Source: an uncultured archaeon (GTDB lineage Archaea > Iainarchaeota > Iainarchaeia > Iainarchaeales > 0-14-0-20-30-16). Taken from it: a DNA stretch of 6,755 nucleotides. Both the position numbers and the translations under genes were made by a program. This document shows, piece after piece, positions 6,549-6,755 of the stretch. The notes beneath the pieces are model-generated. The model had not been told where the DNA came from. It made no database searches and worked only from the letters and a program-made list of their open reading frames with translations. Location of the stretch: the NCBI GenBank assembly GCA_964565725.1, contig CAZMGA010000008.1, forward strand, positions 1,686 through 8,440, in the 5' to 3' direction. Positions within the stretch are counted from its first letter, which is position 1. Each line of letters starts with the position of its first letter.

Positions 6549-6562
6549 GTATATAAATAGTT
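6549..6562 (-). promoter_or_regulatory. Candidate TATA box upstream of panE
   Basis: Minus-strand ctatttatatactt sits in the 57-bp gap between the 6564 stop and the 6506 start, compatible with a short leader that includes GTGAT. Confidence 0.4.
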
Positions 6563-6563
6563 T

Positions 6564-6755
6564 TTATTGCTTAGTACAATTACTTAATGTATTCTCTACC
6601 AAATCACAAATACAATTTATTTCTTCGTTAGATAAAGGATTATTAATACTTATAGGAGTAGTAAACAAATAATTTATAGGTTGATGTCCAAAATTATTTA
6701 TAATATCATTATCAGTAATAATTATATCTAAGTTTAATAAAGTTATTTTTTCTTT
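6564..6755 (-). CDS. C-terminal 63 residues of an unidentified protein; gene runs off the right edge
   Basis: Open minus-strand frame from the window edge to TAA (6566-6564): KEKITLLNLDIIITDNDIINNFGHQPINYLFTTPISINNPLSNEEINCICDLVENTLSNCTKQ. Same orientation and codon style as neighbours; absent from the ORF track because it is truncated. Confidence 0.6.
   Translation of the reverse strand, partial: KEKITLLNLDIIITDNDIINNFGHQPINYLFTTPISINNPLSNEEINCICDLVENTLSNCTKQ

Noticed and set aside
1-6755. Defence island, prophage or transposon interpretation
   Set aside because: No transposase, integrase, phage structural, Cas, toxin-antitoxin or restriction-modification signatures, and no terminal repeats seen. 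Recognised genes (gatD, panE, RNase H2-type, Trx-CcdA) are core cellular functions.

Overview
AT-rich window that looks archaeal (GatD, DUF357 and archaeal-type RNase H signatures; TATA-box/leaderless and GTGAT Shine-Dalgarno start contexts), plausibly from a small-genome DPANN-like lineage (inference). Left edge, minus strand: the N-terminal ~197 codons of GatD (archaeal Glu-tRNA(Gln) amidotransferase subunit D), missing from the supplied ORF track and apparently starting at TTG. A divergent, tightly packed plus-strand cluster follows: a DUF357-like protein, a 767-aa secreted/membrane-anchored Lon-like (S16) protease with no AAA+ module, an uncharacterised 194-aa protein with a charged linker and possible winged-helix tail, and an unusual RNase H2-type protein (RNase HIII-like N-terminal domain, RNase HII-like core, apparently missing the C-terminal GxGYPSD region). 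It converges, with a 17-bp overlap, on a minus-strand unit: an exported thioredoxin-like domain fused to a CcdA/DsbD-like membrane domain, a ketopantoate reductase, and the C-terminus of an unidentified protein at the right edge. The most interesting items are the DUF357 / membrane S16 protease / ORF-X / atypical RNase H gene cluster, possible DUF357-like helical hairpins inside the protease's extracytoplasmic region, and the reduced hybrid RNase H. No CRISPR array, tRNA, rRNA or mobile element was recognised.
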